Source: Verrucomicrobiia bacterium
GTDB lineage: Bacteria > Verrucomicrobiota > Verrucomicrobiia > Verrucomicrobiales > DEV007
Assembly (NCBI GenBank): GCA_030430255.1
Contig: JAUIGD010000001.1
Location: 1 to 59,345, forward strand
Length of the DNA: 59,345 nucleotides
Direction: 5' to 3'
Made by a program: the position numbers and the translations under genes. The notes beneath the pieces were generated by a model, which had not been told where the DNA came from, did no database searches, and saw only the letters and a program-made list of their open reading frames with translations. Of the stretch, positions 46,756 through 55,815 are shown piece after piece. Positions within the stretch are counted from its first letter, which is position 1, and every line of letters begins with the position of its first letter.

Positions 46756-47802
46756 ATGCCGTCACCAACCTGCGTCCAACCTGCAGACCTCGCCCGCAAG
46801 GCGGCGGCCGCCTTGTGCATCGCCCCGCTGCTCGGGACGCCGCTGGCCGCGGACGAAGTGCGCTTCGAAGACCTCCCGACCGCGGTGCGGGACGCCGTCG
46901 TGGCCGCCGCACCCGACCTGGAGGTCGAGGAGGTGGAAACCCGTGATGGCGGCGGCTTCGAAGTCGAGGGCCGCCTGCCCAGCGGTGCGCGCGTGGAGTT
47001 GGGACTGGCGGCAGACGGAACCTTGCTCGAATGGGAGAACGACCGCGACGGCGACGGCCTATGCGACTCGGAGGAGAGCGCCCTCGGCACCGACCCCGAC
47101 GACCCCGATAGCGACGGTGACCTGTTCCCAGACGGCTTCGAGACCGATCTCGGCAGCGACCCGGGTGACGCCGCAGCCCAGCCACAGATCGTCACCATCG
47201 ACACCCGCCACGATCCCGGCGGGGCGCCGGTGGTCGTCATCTCAGTCCAAACCTTCGCCAGCGGCCTGTTCCAGCTTTCGCATTGCGCGGCGGACGGCTC
47301 CGATTGGACCGACGTCGGCGAACCCGAACCCGGCGACGGCGGCACCATCGAATTCGAACTGCCGCTGGGGGATGGAGCCAGCGCCGCCGGCCTGTTCCGG
47401 GTCGGCGTCGCGAGCGATCCGGCCGCGGGCGGCGGCGGTGATGGGGGCAGCGGCCAGACCGGCTGCGCTGCGCCCGAGAGCCTCGTCGGCAAGGAGATCG
47501 TGGCGGTCGATGAGAACGAGAGCCGCACCCTCTACTTCCGCGCCGGCGGCGAGGGCGAGCTGATCGAGCACGAAGGTGGCGGGATCGAGATCGTGCCGAT
47601 GCGCTACTCCGTCGAACGGCTCGGCCCCTGCCAGATCCGCGTGACCCTCACCTTCCCCGACGACGACGAAGGGGACGAATACGAGGAGTTCGAGTTCACC
47701 TTCACCGAGGCCGCGCGTGGCACCTTCCGCAGCCAGGACTTCGAAGACGGCAAAGGGGAAGACCCCGAGTCCGGCTCCTTCACCCTCGCCGACGCCGGTT
47801 GA
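46756..47802 (+). CDS. secreted protein: PepSY-like N-domain, thrombospondin-type-3-like Asp repeats, unassigned C-domain
   Basis: ORF trimmed to MPSPTCVQPADLARKAAAALCIAPLLG. LPTAVRDAVVAAAPDLEVEEVE..., then DRDGDGLCDSEESALGTDPDDPDSDGD. Confidence 0.7.
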   Translation: MPSPTCVQPADLARKAAAALCIAPLLGTPLAADEVRFEDLPTAVRDAVVAAAPDLEVEEVETRDGGGFEVEGRLPSGARVELGLAADGTLLEWENDRDGDGLCDSEESALGTDPDDPDSDGDLFPDGFETDLGSDPGDAAAQPQIVTIDTRHDPGGAPVVVISVQTFASGLFQLSHCAADGSDWTDVGEPEPGDGGTIEFELPLGDGASAAGLFRVGVASDPAAGGGGDGGSGQTGCAAPESLVGKEIVAVDENESRTLYFRAGGEGELIEHEGGGIEIVPMRYSVERLGPCQIRVTLTFPDDDEGDEYEEFEFTFTEAARGTFRSQDFEDGKGEDPESGSFTLADAG

Positions 47803-47965
47803 TCCCGCGCCGAACGGATCCCTCCCCCCCACCAGGAGCGCCTTCGCGGTTCCCCCCGCGGGGGCGCTCCGACCACCGCAATGCCCCCGTCCGCCGACTG
47901 GCTCTTCGCGACGCTGGCGCGGCCTCTGAGGAATCGCAGCAGACGCGGCCATTTCGGTTAGACTC

Positions 47966-49825
47966 GTGCAGATGCCTGAAGCCAGCAGGAAACACGCGTG
48001 GATCGCGGTCGGCGCGATCATCGCGATCGCGCTCCACCTCGTCCTGCGCTACGCGCTGGGCGCTGGGGACAGCACGGCCGCCGTACCGCTCTGGGCAGCC
48101 TACGTGTTCGGCGGCGTCCCCTTGGTGTGGGGGCTGCTGGGGAACCTCCTGCGCCGCGAGTTCGGCTCGGACCTGCTGGCGGGAATGTCGATCGTCACCG
48201 CGCTTCTGCTCGGCGAACTCCTCGCCGGCGTATTGGTAGTTCTGATGCTCTCCGGCGGCGAGGCGCTCGAGGCGTATGCGGTGCGCCAAGCATCCTCGGT
48301 GCTGGAGGCGCTGGCCAAGCGCATGCCCTCGGTCGCGCACCGCGCCGCGGGTACCGCCTTCGAGGACATCGCCCTCGACGAGATCCGCGTCGGCGATGTC
48401 CTCCACGTGCTTCCCCACGAAGTCTGCCCGGTCGACGGAACGGTGACCGAGGGACACGGCGTGATGGACGAGTCCTACCTCACCGGCGAGCCCTACATGC
48501 TGTCGAAGACGCCGGGTTCCCCGGTGCTGTCGGGAGCGTTGAACGGCGAGGCCGCCCTGGTGATCCGCGCCGAAAAACTGGCCGTCGATTCGCGCTACGC
48601 CAAGATCATGGAGGTGATGCGGGCCTCCGAGGAACGCCGGCCGCGCATCCGCCGCCTCGCCGACCGGCTGGGGGCATTCTATACCCCGATCGCGCTCGCC
48701 ATCGCCTTGGCAGCCTGGGGGCTCGCCGGCGACCCGGTGCGCTTCCTCGCCGTGTTGGTGGTGGCGACACCGTGCCCGCTGCTCATCGCCATCCCGGTGG
48801 CCATCATCGGTTCCATCTCGCTGGCCGCGAAGCGGGCGATCATCCTTCGCGACCCCGCCGCCCTGGAGGCGCTCGACCGCTGCCGTGCGGTGATTTTCGA
48901 CAAGACGGGGACGCTGACGTACGGGCGGCCGGAACTGATCCAACAGGTCACCGCTCCGGGCGCCCCCGCCCCTCCCGCAGAGGTGCTGCGCTTGGTGGCC
49001 AGCGCCGAGCGCTACTCCAAACACCCGCTCGCCGATGCCATCGTCCGCGCGGCGACCGCCGGCGGCGGCGACCTGCTCGAGGTCGGCGAGATCAGCGAAC
49101 GGCCGGGCGAAGGAATGACCGCCCGCGTCGCGGGGCGGGAGGTGCGCGTCACCAGCCGCAAAAAGCTCGCCGCCGAACTCCCGGCGGCGGCGGAAGCGCT
49201 GCCGCCACAGGCCGGTGGGCTGGAGTGCGTCGTGCTGGTCGACGGCAGATTCGCGGCGACCTACCGCTTCCGCGATGCACCGCGCGAGGGGACCGAACCC
49301 TTCGTGCGACACCTCGGCGGGTTGCACGGCATCGAGGCGGTCATGTTGCTCTCCGGCGACCGCGAGTCCGAGGTGCGCTACCTCGCCGGCGAGGTCGGCA
49401 TCGACGACGTGCGGGCCGACAAGTCCCCCGAGGAGAAATTGGAGATCGTGCGCGAGGAGAACACCGTCCGGCCTGTGCTCTACGTCGGCGACGGCATCAA
49501 CGACGCGCCCGCCCTGACAGCGGCGACCGTCGGCGTGGCGTTCGGACAGAACAGCGACGTGACGGCGGAAGCGGCGAGTGCGGTGATCATGGACAGCAGC
49601 TTGCGCAAGGTCGACGAGCTGTTGCACATCGGTCGGCGCATGCGGCGCATCGCGCTGCAGAGCGCCGTCGGCGGCATGGCGCTCAGCATCGCCGGCATGG
49701 TCGCCGCCGCCTTCGGCTACCTGCCCCCGGTGGCCGGGGCGATCGTCCAGGAGGGGATCGACGTGCTCGCCGTGCTCAACGCCTTGCGCGCGGCCTGGCC
49801 GCCGAAGTCGCTCACCGATTACTGA
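47966..49825 (+). CDS. heavy-metal P1B-type ATPase, TPCP-motif subtype, no N-terminal metal-binding domain
   Basis: Motifs [21 protein letters not shown] motif [11 protein letters not shown] and C-terminal TM QEGIDV. 619 aa with no CxxC HMA domain. Confidence 0.88.
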   Translation: MQMPEASRKHAWIAVGAIIAIALHLVLRYALGAGDSTAAVPLWAAYVFGGVPLVWGLLGNLLRREFGSDLLAGMSIVTALLLGELLAGVLVVLMLSGGEALEAYAVRQASSVLEALAKRMPSVAHRAAGTAFEDIALDEIRVGDVLHVLPHEVCPVDGTVTEGHGVMDESYLTGEPYMLSKTPGSPVLSGALNGEAALVIRAEKLAVDSRYAKIMEVMRASEERRPRIRRLADRLGAFYTPIALAIALAAWGLAGDPVRFLAVLVVATPCPLLIAIPVAIIGSISLAAKRAIILRDPAALEALDRCRAVIFDKTGTLTYGRPELIQQVTAPGAPAPPAEVLRLVASAERYSKHPLADAIVRAATAGGGDLLEVGEISERPGEGMTARVAGREVRVTSRKKLAAELPAAAEALPPQAGGLECVVLVDGRFAATYRFRDAPREGTEPFVRHLGGLHGIEAVMLLSGDRESEVRYLAGEVGIDDVRADKSPEEKLEIVREENTVRPVLYVGDGINDAPALTAATVGVAFGQNSDVTAEAASAVIMDSSLRKVDELLHIGRRMRRIALQSAVGGMALSIAGMVAAAFGYLPPVAGAIVQEGIDVLAVLNALRAAWPPKSLTDY

Positions 49826-49910
49826 TCCCCCAACCCCTGGGCAAGAGTTCGCGCCATCGCCAATGCGCGGCGATCCGCGCTGGGAGGACGACCGACTTTC
49901 GGCCGCCCGT

Positions 49911-49930
49911 TTCAGTTTCCGTTCAGCTTC
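49911..49930 (+). promoter_or_regulatory. 20-mer direct-repeat box TTCAGTTTCCGTTCAGCTTC
   Basis: 19/20 identical to 46705..46724. It lies 139 nt upstream of ATG 50069. Confidence 0.45.
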
Positions 49931-50068
49931 GGGGGTGAGGCTCCTCCATCGAAAACCCCCATTTTCGGGATCGGATGCCATGAACCCTCACCACCGTGCG
50001 CTCGCAGCCACCCACCCCGACCCGGAAACCACGCCCCGCCCCCCACCAGACCCCACCCCAACCATCCC

Positions 50069-52237
50069 ATGAAGTCCACCAAACCCATCGCCGTCCTGCT
50101 CGCGCTCGCCGCCTCAGCGAGCGCCGGACACGCCAGCATCGCCTACGGCACGCTGAACAACTTCGACACCGTCAATGACACCGGGCACGAGTGCCACGGG
50201 TTCGAGATCGAGCTCGAGGACCTCCACGGCAGCGACATCGCGCACACCTACAATTACAACCACTACGGGGTCGCCAAGATCGAGGAGGACCTGTCCGACG
50301 CCGCGCACCCGGTGGCGATCGTGCGCTGGGAGAGCGCCAAGAACGCCGACGGCAGTTGGGCCGCATTCACCGCGATCCCTTCCGGCCCCATCGATCCGAC
50401 CAACGGCCACCAGTTCACCAACCCGAACGTCAACTTCGGCGGCGAGCACTTCGGCGTCGGCTACCGCCAGGCGCCGACCGCCGTGCGCTACTACTGGTTG
50501 ATCGACGACGGGGGCGGCAACTTGAGCCACAGCGACCCGGTACAGGTTTGCACCCCGCAATGGTACGTGAGCGGAGGCCGCGTCGGCGCCCGTGTCGAAG
50601 CCCCGGAACCACCCGAGGTCCACATCAAGGAGTTTGGGCCGGCGATCTGGGTCAAGGAGATCTGCACCACCAGCCACAACAGCCACGAGATCGAGCTGCG
50701 CGACCTCGTCTCCGACGACCCGGACGACGACGACGAGCGCAATTGGCGCAACGGCGAGCCCGATGAGGTCGAGGTCGAGTGGCACATCCTCCAGGTCGAG
50801 TACGCCGATGACGAAGGCGGCGGCAACGGCGAGTTCGACGGCGCGCCCGAAGACCTGGAGGATGGCGACGAGGTCGTCACCCGCCGCTTCGAGTTCTACG
50901 AGTACGTCGGGCCGCTCGACGTCGAATCGGGCGAAGCGAAGGCGGACAACGTCGGTGCCGACGAACTGCACGGCGACGGGGTCAAAGAGATCAACGATGT
51001 CGAGGTCGACCTGAGCGGCGTGGTCGTGGTCGGCGAGTACCTCGGCGCGCAGATGGCGGCCTTCGACGCCGAAGCCGGGCTGTCGCTGGTCGAGCAACTC
51101 CAGGCCGGCGAAGTCGGCACCGCCTACCCGAGCCGCCTCGTCGTCGTGCCCGGACCGCTCGCGTTCACCGCCGAGGTGGTCGGCGACCTTCCGGACGGGC
51201 TGAACTTCGACGACGGGAGCGGCATCCTCTCGGGCACGCCGACCACCGCGGGCGAGTTCACCTTCCGCATCGAGGCCACCGAGGACGGCGCCGACGCGCC
51301 GGTCGGGCGGAACTACACCATCGTGGTCGCCGAGGCCGGAGCCGAACTGCCCCCCCTCGGCCTGGTCGACACCAACGCCCTCCCCTACGGCGGCGGCAGC
51401 ACCTCCGGCGACGGCGCCTATGCGATCGGCCAGGTCGCCCCACTCGTCGCCGAACCCGCGCCGGGCTACGAGTTCGTCGGCTGGGAGGAGAAGGGGCAAA
51501 TCGTGAGCGAACAGGCGGCGCTGCTGCTGACCGTGGACGTCAACCACTCGCTGGTCGCCACCTTCGCCGTCGCCAGCTACGCCGTCACCGCCGACAGCAA
51601 CGACCCCTCTGCCGGCACGGCCTCCGGCGGTGGCGACTTCGCAGACGGCGCCCCGGTCGCCCTGACCGCGGCGCCCGCCGCCGGGCAGGTCTTCGTCAAC
51701 TGGACCGAGGGCGGATCCCAGGTCAGCGATGCCGCGACCTACACTTTCGACGCCGCGGCCGACCGCGTGCTCGTGGCGAACTTCATGCCCGAGGGCGGCG
51801 AGACCCGCGCCCTGAGCGTCGCAGCGCCCGCGGGAGGGGGCGGCACCGTCCTCGGCTCGGGGACCTACATTGCCGGATCGGAGGTGACCGTCCGCGCCCA
51901 CCCCGAGCCTGGCTACATCTTTGTCCGCTGGCTCGCCGGCGGTTCCACCTTCAGCACGGACCCGGCACACGCCTTCGCGCTCGACGCACCGGTCGACCTG
52001 AGCGCCGAGTTCGCGCTGATCATCCCGGAGGTCGCCATGGGCCACGACCCCGCCGGCGGCATCCGGATCGAGTGGCCGGCCGACCTGCCCGGCTGGGTGC
52101 TCGAGGAGGCGACCGGCGGCCTCGACGAGTCCTCCTGGAGCGCCTCGACCGCGCCCGTGCAAACCGACGGCGCCACCCGCCGCGCCACCGTCGAGCCCGG
52201 CGCCGCGCGCGCATTCTACCGCCTGACGCACCCGTGA
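50069..52237 (+). CDS. large secreted protein: His-rich N-domain, acidic linker, putative-Ig and InlB-B-repeat-like modules, RFYR-type tail
   Basis: Signal peptide MKSTKPIAVLLALAASASA. LPDGLNFDDGSGILSGTPTTAGEFTF. Three G.GTV/G.Y..G..V...A.P..GY.FV.W repeats. Ends ...ARAFYRLTHP. Confidence 0.8.
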   Translation: MKSTKPIAVLLALAASASAGHASIAYGTLNNFDTVNDTGHECHGFEIELEDLHGSDIAHTYNYNHYGVAKIEEDLSDAAHPVAIVRWESAKNADGSWAAFTAIPSGPIDPTNGHQFTNPNVNFGGEHFGVGYRQAPTAVRYYWLIDDGGGNLSHSDPVQVCTPQWYVSGGRVGARVEAPEPPEVHIKEFGPAIWVKEICTTSHNSHEIELRDLVSDDPDDDDERNWRNGEPDEVEVEWHILQVEYADDEGGGNGEFDGAPEDLEDGDEVVTRRFEFYEYVGPLDVESGEAKADNVGADELHGDGVKEINDVEVDLSGVVVVGEYLGAQMAAFDAEAGLSLVEQLQAGEVGTAYPSRLVVVPGPLAFTAEVVGDLPDGLNFDDGSGILSGTPTTAGEFTFRIEATEDGADAPVGRNYTIVVAEAGAELPPLGLVDTNALPYGGGSTSGDGAYAIGQVAPLVAEPAPGYEFVGWEEKGQIVSEQAALLLTVDVNHSLVATFAVASYAVTADSNDPSAGTASGGGDFADGAPVALTAAPAAGQVFVNWTEGGSQVSDAATYTFDAAADRVLVANFMPEGGETRALSVAAPAGGGGTVLGSGTYIAGSEVTVRAHPEPGYIFVRWLAGGSTFSTDPAHAFALDAPVDLSAEFALIIPEVAMGHDPAGGIRIEWPADLPGWVLEEATGGLDESSWSASTAPVQTDGATRRATVEPGAARAFYRLTHP

Positions 52238-52287
52238 TCCCGACCCAGCCAACCCCGCGGCCACCCGCGGTGTGGCCTGAACTCCCA

Positions 52288-53352
52288 ATGAAACCGGCCT
52301 TCGCTCTCGCCATCTGCCTTCCCGCCGTGGCCTCGGCGGATGTCGAACGCCACAAGTCGGAGGCCGCCTACCTCGCGCGCATCGCTGAACTCGGGAGAGT
52401 GCCGCTGGCCGAAGATTTCGAGGGCCGCGACTGGGACGGCGTGCGCTCGAACTACCCGACGCTGAACTACGCGCCAGCCGTCGCCAGCAAGCGCGTTACC
52501 TGGTCCTGCGCCGGGGCCGGGCTCTGGGCGCACCCCGGCCGCAGCGCCCTCATCAGCACCAACCGGAATTGGGGCCGCGGCGGGAGCTGGGGAATCTACG
52601 ACAGCTACCTCGCCGGCGCGCTGCGCGTCGCCTTCCCGGAACTCGTTTATGGCATCGGCTTCTGGGTCGACACCAACCCCGATCTGGAGGACGTGGGCGT
52701 GCTCTTCGAGGACCGCGTCACCACCGAGGATCCGGGCTACATGATGCCCGGCTACGGCGCGATGTACCCCGGCGACATCCACCCGACCGGACACGCCTTC
52801 GTCGGGTTCATCGACCCGGACGGATTCACCGAGGTCATCGTCGTCGGCACGCTGGAAATCAACGAAGAGGGCCGGCTCGAAGGCGGTACCGTGTACGGTG
52901 CCGACGACTTCACCTTCGCGGTCGGCGCCGGCTTTCTGCAGCCACCTTATGAGCGATGGCGCGGGGCGCACTTCTCCCTCGCCGAACTGGCGGACGCCGG
53001 GCTCGAGGCGAACCTCTGGGGGATCGACGCCGACCCGGACGGCGACGCTCTGGCCAACCGTACCGAGTACGCGCTCGGCACCGATCCCCGCGACGGCTCG
53101 GACGGGGGCGACGCCCTGTCGGCAGAGCGCCAAGGGGACGCGTGGCTGCTCAGCTACCGGTGCCGCAACGACGACCCGTCGGTGAGCTGCTCCCCCGAAC
53201 TGAGCATCGACCTTGCCACCTGGTCCGGGGGCGGCGTTGAAATCCTGGCCTGCGTCGACGGCGGCGATGGCTACGACGCCGTCACCGCCCGCGTGAGCGG
53301 ACTGTCCGCCGCGGGGCGCAGATTCGTCCGCTGCAGGGTTGCCTGGCAATAG
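52288..53352 (+). CDS. secreted hypothetical protein with DPDGD-type motif and RF(V/Y)R-type tail
   Basis: ORF trimmed to MKPAFALAICLPAVASA. DADPDGDALANRTEYALGTDP. Ends ...GRRFVRCRVAWQ. Confidence 0.7.
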   Translation: MKPAFALAICLPAVASADVERHKSEAAYLARIAELGRVPLAEDFEGRDWDGVRSNYPTLNYAPAVASKRVTWSCAGAGLWAHPGRSALISTNRNWGRGGSWGIYDSYLAGALRVAFPELVYGIGFWVDTNPDLEDVGVLFEDRVTTEDPGYMMPGYGAMYPGDIHPTGHAFVGFIDPDGFTEVIVVGTLEINEEGRLEGGTVYGADDFTFAVGAGFLQPPYERWRGAHFSLAELADAGLEANLWGIDADPDGDALANRTEYALGTDPRDGSDGGDALSAERQGDAWLLSYRCRNDDPSVSCSPELSIDLATWSGGGVEILACVDGGDGYDAVTARVSGLSAAGRRFVRCRVAWQ

Positions 53353-53435
53353 GATCCCGCGGCTCAGCGACCTGCACCTCGCCCTTCTTCCCCCTCCGAA
53401 AGGCCAATCTCCACCCACGACGGCAGTAACCCCCC

Positions 53436-55079
53436 GTGAACCTTCCCCCACCGATCCTCCCCGCCGCCGTCCTCCTCACCGCCCCGGGCGCGTTCGCCCA
53501 GCACCAGACAGCAACGCTCGACGAACCCCACACCGGGGGGGCGCTGCCATACTCGATCGAGATTCGCGAGGTGTCCCTCGCGCCCGCTGCGGTGCCGAAC
53601 CTCCACTCCGCGGCGGCCGCGATCTGGGAGGGGCAATGGGTGCTCCTCGCGGGCCGCACCAACGGCCTGCACGGGATGACCGGAAGGAATGCCTTCGATC
53701 CCGTGTTCGAGAACCGCGAGGTCTGGGTCATCGACCCGGAAGCCAAACAGAGCTGGAGCCGGCAGCTCGACGGGCCCGGCGGCGGCCTGACCACCGATCA
53801 GGTCGACTCGCTCAGCTCGGTGAACACGCAGTTCTACCAAGACGGCACCCGGCTGCTGGTCGTTGGCGGCTACGGTTACTCCCGCACCGCCGCCGATCAC
53901 CGCACCTATGCGACGCTCACGGCGATCGACCTCCCCGGGCTGGTCGGTTGGGTCAAGGGCGACGCCTCGTCCGCCGCCGATCACGTCGAGCAGATCTCCG
54001 ACAGTTTCTTCCAGGTCACCGGCGGCGGCCTCGAACGGATCGGCGACGAGTTTCAGCTCGTCTTCGGCCAGAACTACCCCGGCCGCTACCGGCCAAATTT
54101 CAACGGCACCTACACGCAGGGTGTGCGCCGGTTCAGGATCAGCGCACCGGGTGCACCGTTCGCCGTTCTGCCGGGATCGAAGCTGCAGTCCGGCGGCGAC
54201 AGCGCCTACCGGAGGCGCGACCTCAATATCGCACCGATGCTGGAGTACAGCTCGCCGGCGAACGGCGCCCCGGCGATCGCCGAGGCGGCCGTCGCCCTTT
54301 CCGGTGTGTTCACGACCTCCAACGGCGTCTGGACCATCCCCGTAACGGTCCGTGGCGGCGGTTCGCTATCGATGCCGGACCCGCTCGATGCAGCGACCTT
54401 GAAACAGGCGTTCCAAATCTACCACTGCGCCAAGATCGGCCTGTTCCACCGCGCGACGGGGGAGATGCATTTCCTGCTCTTTGGCGGCATCACCGTGCTC
54501 GAGCGCGACGCCGTCTCCGGCGTCTGGAACCGCGATGACAACGCCCCGTTCACCAACCAGTGCGGCACCGTGGTGCGGCATCCCGACGGCCGGTTCGAGC
54601 AGTACTTCCTCCCCGCCCGCTTCCCGGTGATCCTGTCGGGCGGCAAGGAGCTGCGGTTCGGCGCCAACGCCGAATTCCTGCCGTCTCCGCAGGTGGGGCA
54701 ACTGACCCGCAACGTGCTCGATCTCGCCGCCATCGAAGGCCGCACCGTGATCGGGCACATCTTCGGGGGCCTCGCCGCGGACGCCGGCAACGACGGCAAC
54801 ACCGGCTCGTCGGGGCGCGTGTTCGAGGTCGCCCTGACCCCGCTGCCCCCCGCCGCTCCCCGGCTCGACATCGCCCACGACGGCGAGGGGCTGATCTTGG
54901 TCGTCGAGCAGCCAGAGGCCGGATCCTCTTACCTGCTTGAGGAATCGCTCGACCTCGTGAACTGGGCGGCCGCCGCAACCCCGGTCGCAGCGGGCGCCGA
55001 GCCACTGAGCTGGACCGTTCCAGAACAAGGGGGACGCCGTTTCTACCGGATCCTCGCGGGCACGGTGTCGCAGCCGTGA
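53436..55079 (+). CDS. secreted beta-propeller-like (Kelch-like, weak) protein with RFYR-type tail
   Basis: GTG start with signal-like MNLPPPILPAAVLLTAPGAFA. Repeated ...LLVVGGYGY / ...FLLFGGI blades. Ends ...GGRRFYRILAGTVSQP. Confidence 0.7.
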   Translation: MNLPPPILPAAVLLTAPGAFAQHQTATLDEPHTGGALPYSIEIREVSLAPAAVPNLHSAAAAIWEGQWVLLAGRTNGLHGMTGRNAFDPVFENREVWVIDPEAKQSWSRQLDGPGGGLTTDQVDSLSSVNTQFYQDGTRLLVVGGYGYSRTAADHRTYATLTAIDLPGLVGWVKGDASSAADHVEQISDSFFQVTGGGLERIGDEFQLVFGQNYPGRYRPNFNGTYTQGVRRFRISAPGAPFAVLPGSKLQSGGDSAYRRRDLNIAPMLEYSSPANGAPAIAEAAVALSGVFTTSNGVWTIPVTVRGGGSLSMPDPLDAATLKQAFQIYHCAKIGLFHRATGEMHFLLFGGITVLERDAVSGVWNRDDNAPFTNQCGTVVRHPDGRFEQYFLPARFPVILSGGKELRFGANAEFLPSPQVGQLTRNVLDLAAIEGRTVIGHIFGGLAADAGNDGNTGSSGRVFEVALTPLPPAAPRLDIAHDGEGLILVVEQPEAGSSYLLEESLDLVNWAAAATPVAAGAEPLSWTVPEQGGRRFYRILAGTVSQP

Positions 55080-55303
55080 CCTCCCCGATCGGTGGCAAAC
55101 GGCAAAGCCTTGCCGAATTTGGCTCCGCTCGAGCCCTAAGGGCACGACGGGCAGATGGGGCATCGACGGGGAGGCGTCTCCTCGTCCGCCCGCTCCGCAC
55201 CCGGCAGGCCATCAGGGGCGTCCCGGTGGTTCGGCGCGCCGGTTTCATCGCGAGATCCTTCCGACGCTGCGCTCGTCAGGATGACACCGCACTTCCTGGG
55301 GAG

Positions 55304-55405
55304 GGCTGGGTGGACACCCCTGCCCGAGCCGGGCACTACACCAACACCCCTCAGCGTCAACGAAGGCAAGCCGCAGCACGGAGCTTCGTGATCGATCCGC
55401 GCTAG
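55304..55405 (-). repeat. MITE-like element, copy E (left-arm half)
   Basis: Aligns with 31139..31240 of copy D. The terminal CTAG (55402..55405) contains the TAG stop of gene 55402..55815. Confidence 0.8.
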
Positions 55406-55815
55406 CTGACCGGCGCGGAGCGGCGCGAACCCACCCACAACACCGCCGCCACTACCAACACCCCAGCTGAACCGTAGGCCAGGTCGAGCATCGTCTCACG
55501 CAGCGAGTGCTGCACGTCCGTGCCGAGCAGCTCATCGGAGGCGAACTCCGCCAAATCCCAACCCAGCGCGACCGTCCACCCGCCGGTCATCGCGAGCGCT
55601 AAGCGCCAGCCACCGGAGAGCGCGCCGAGCCAGCCCGCCGCTAAGGGGAGCAATGTCCACAGGAAGTAGCAGATCGCCGCACCGCCACAGAAATGCAGCA
55701 AGCCATCGCTCTGACCCCGGAGCCCGAGCCGCATGACCAGCTTGTGCCGCACCAGCACGGCGGCCGGTGCCCACCAAGCCGTCTCGCGCAGCAGCCGCCC
55801 GAGAAGCGCCGGCAC
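55402..55815 (-). CDS. small integral membrane protein, hypothetical
   Basis: Three or four hydrophobic helices. The GTG start overlaps the upstream stop by 1 nt (TAGTG). Confidence 0.55.
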   Translation of the reverse strand: MPALLGRLLRETAWWAPAAVLVRHKLVMRLGLRGQSDGLLHFCGGAAICYFLWTLLPLAAGWLGALSGGWRLALAMTGGWTVALGWDLAEFASDELLGTDVQHSLRETMLDLAYGSAGVLVVAAVLWVGSRRSAPVS

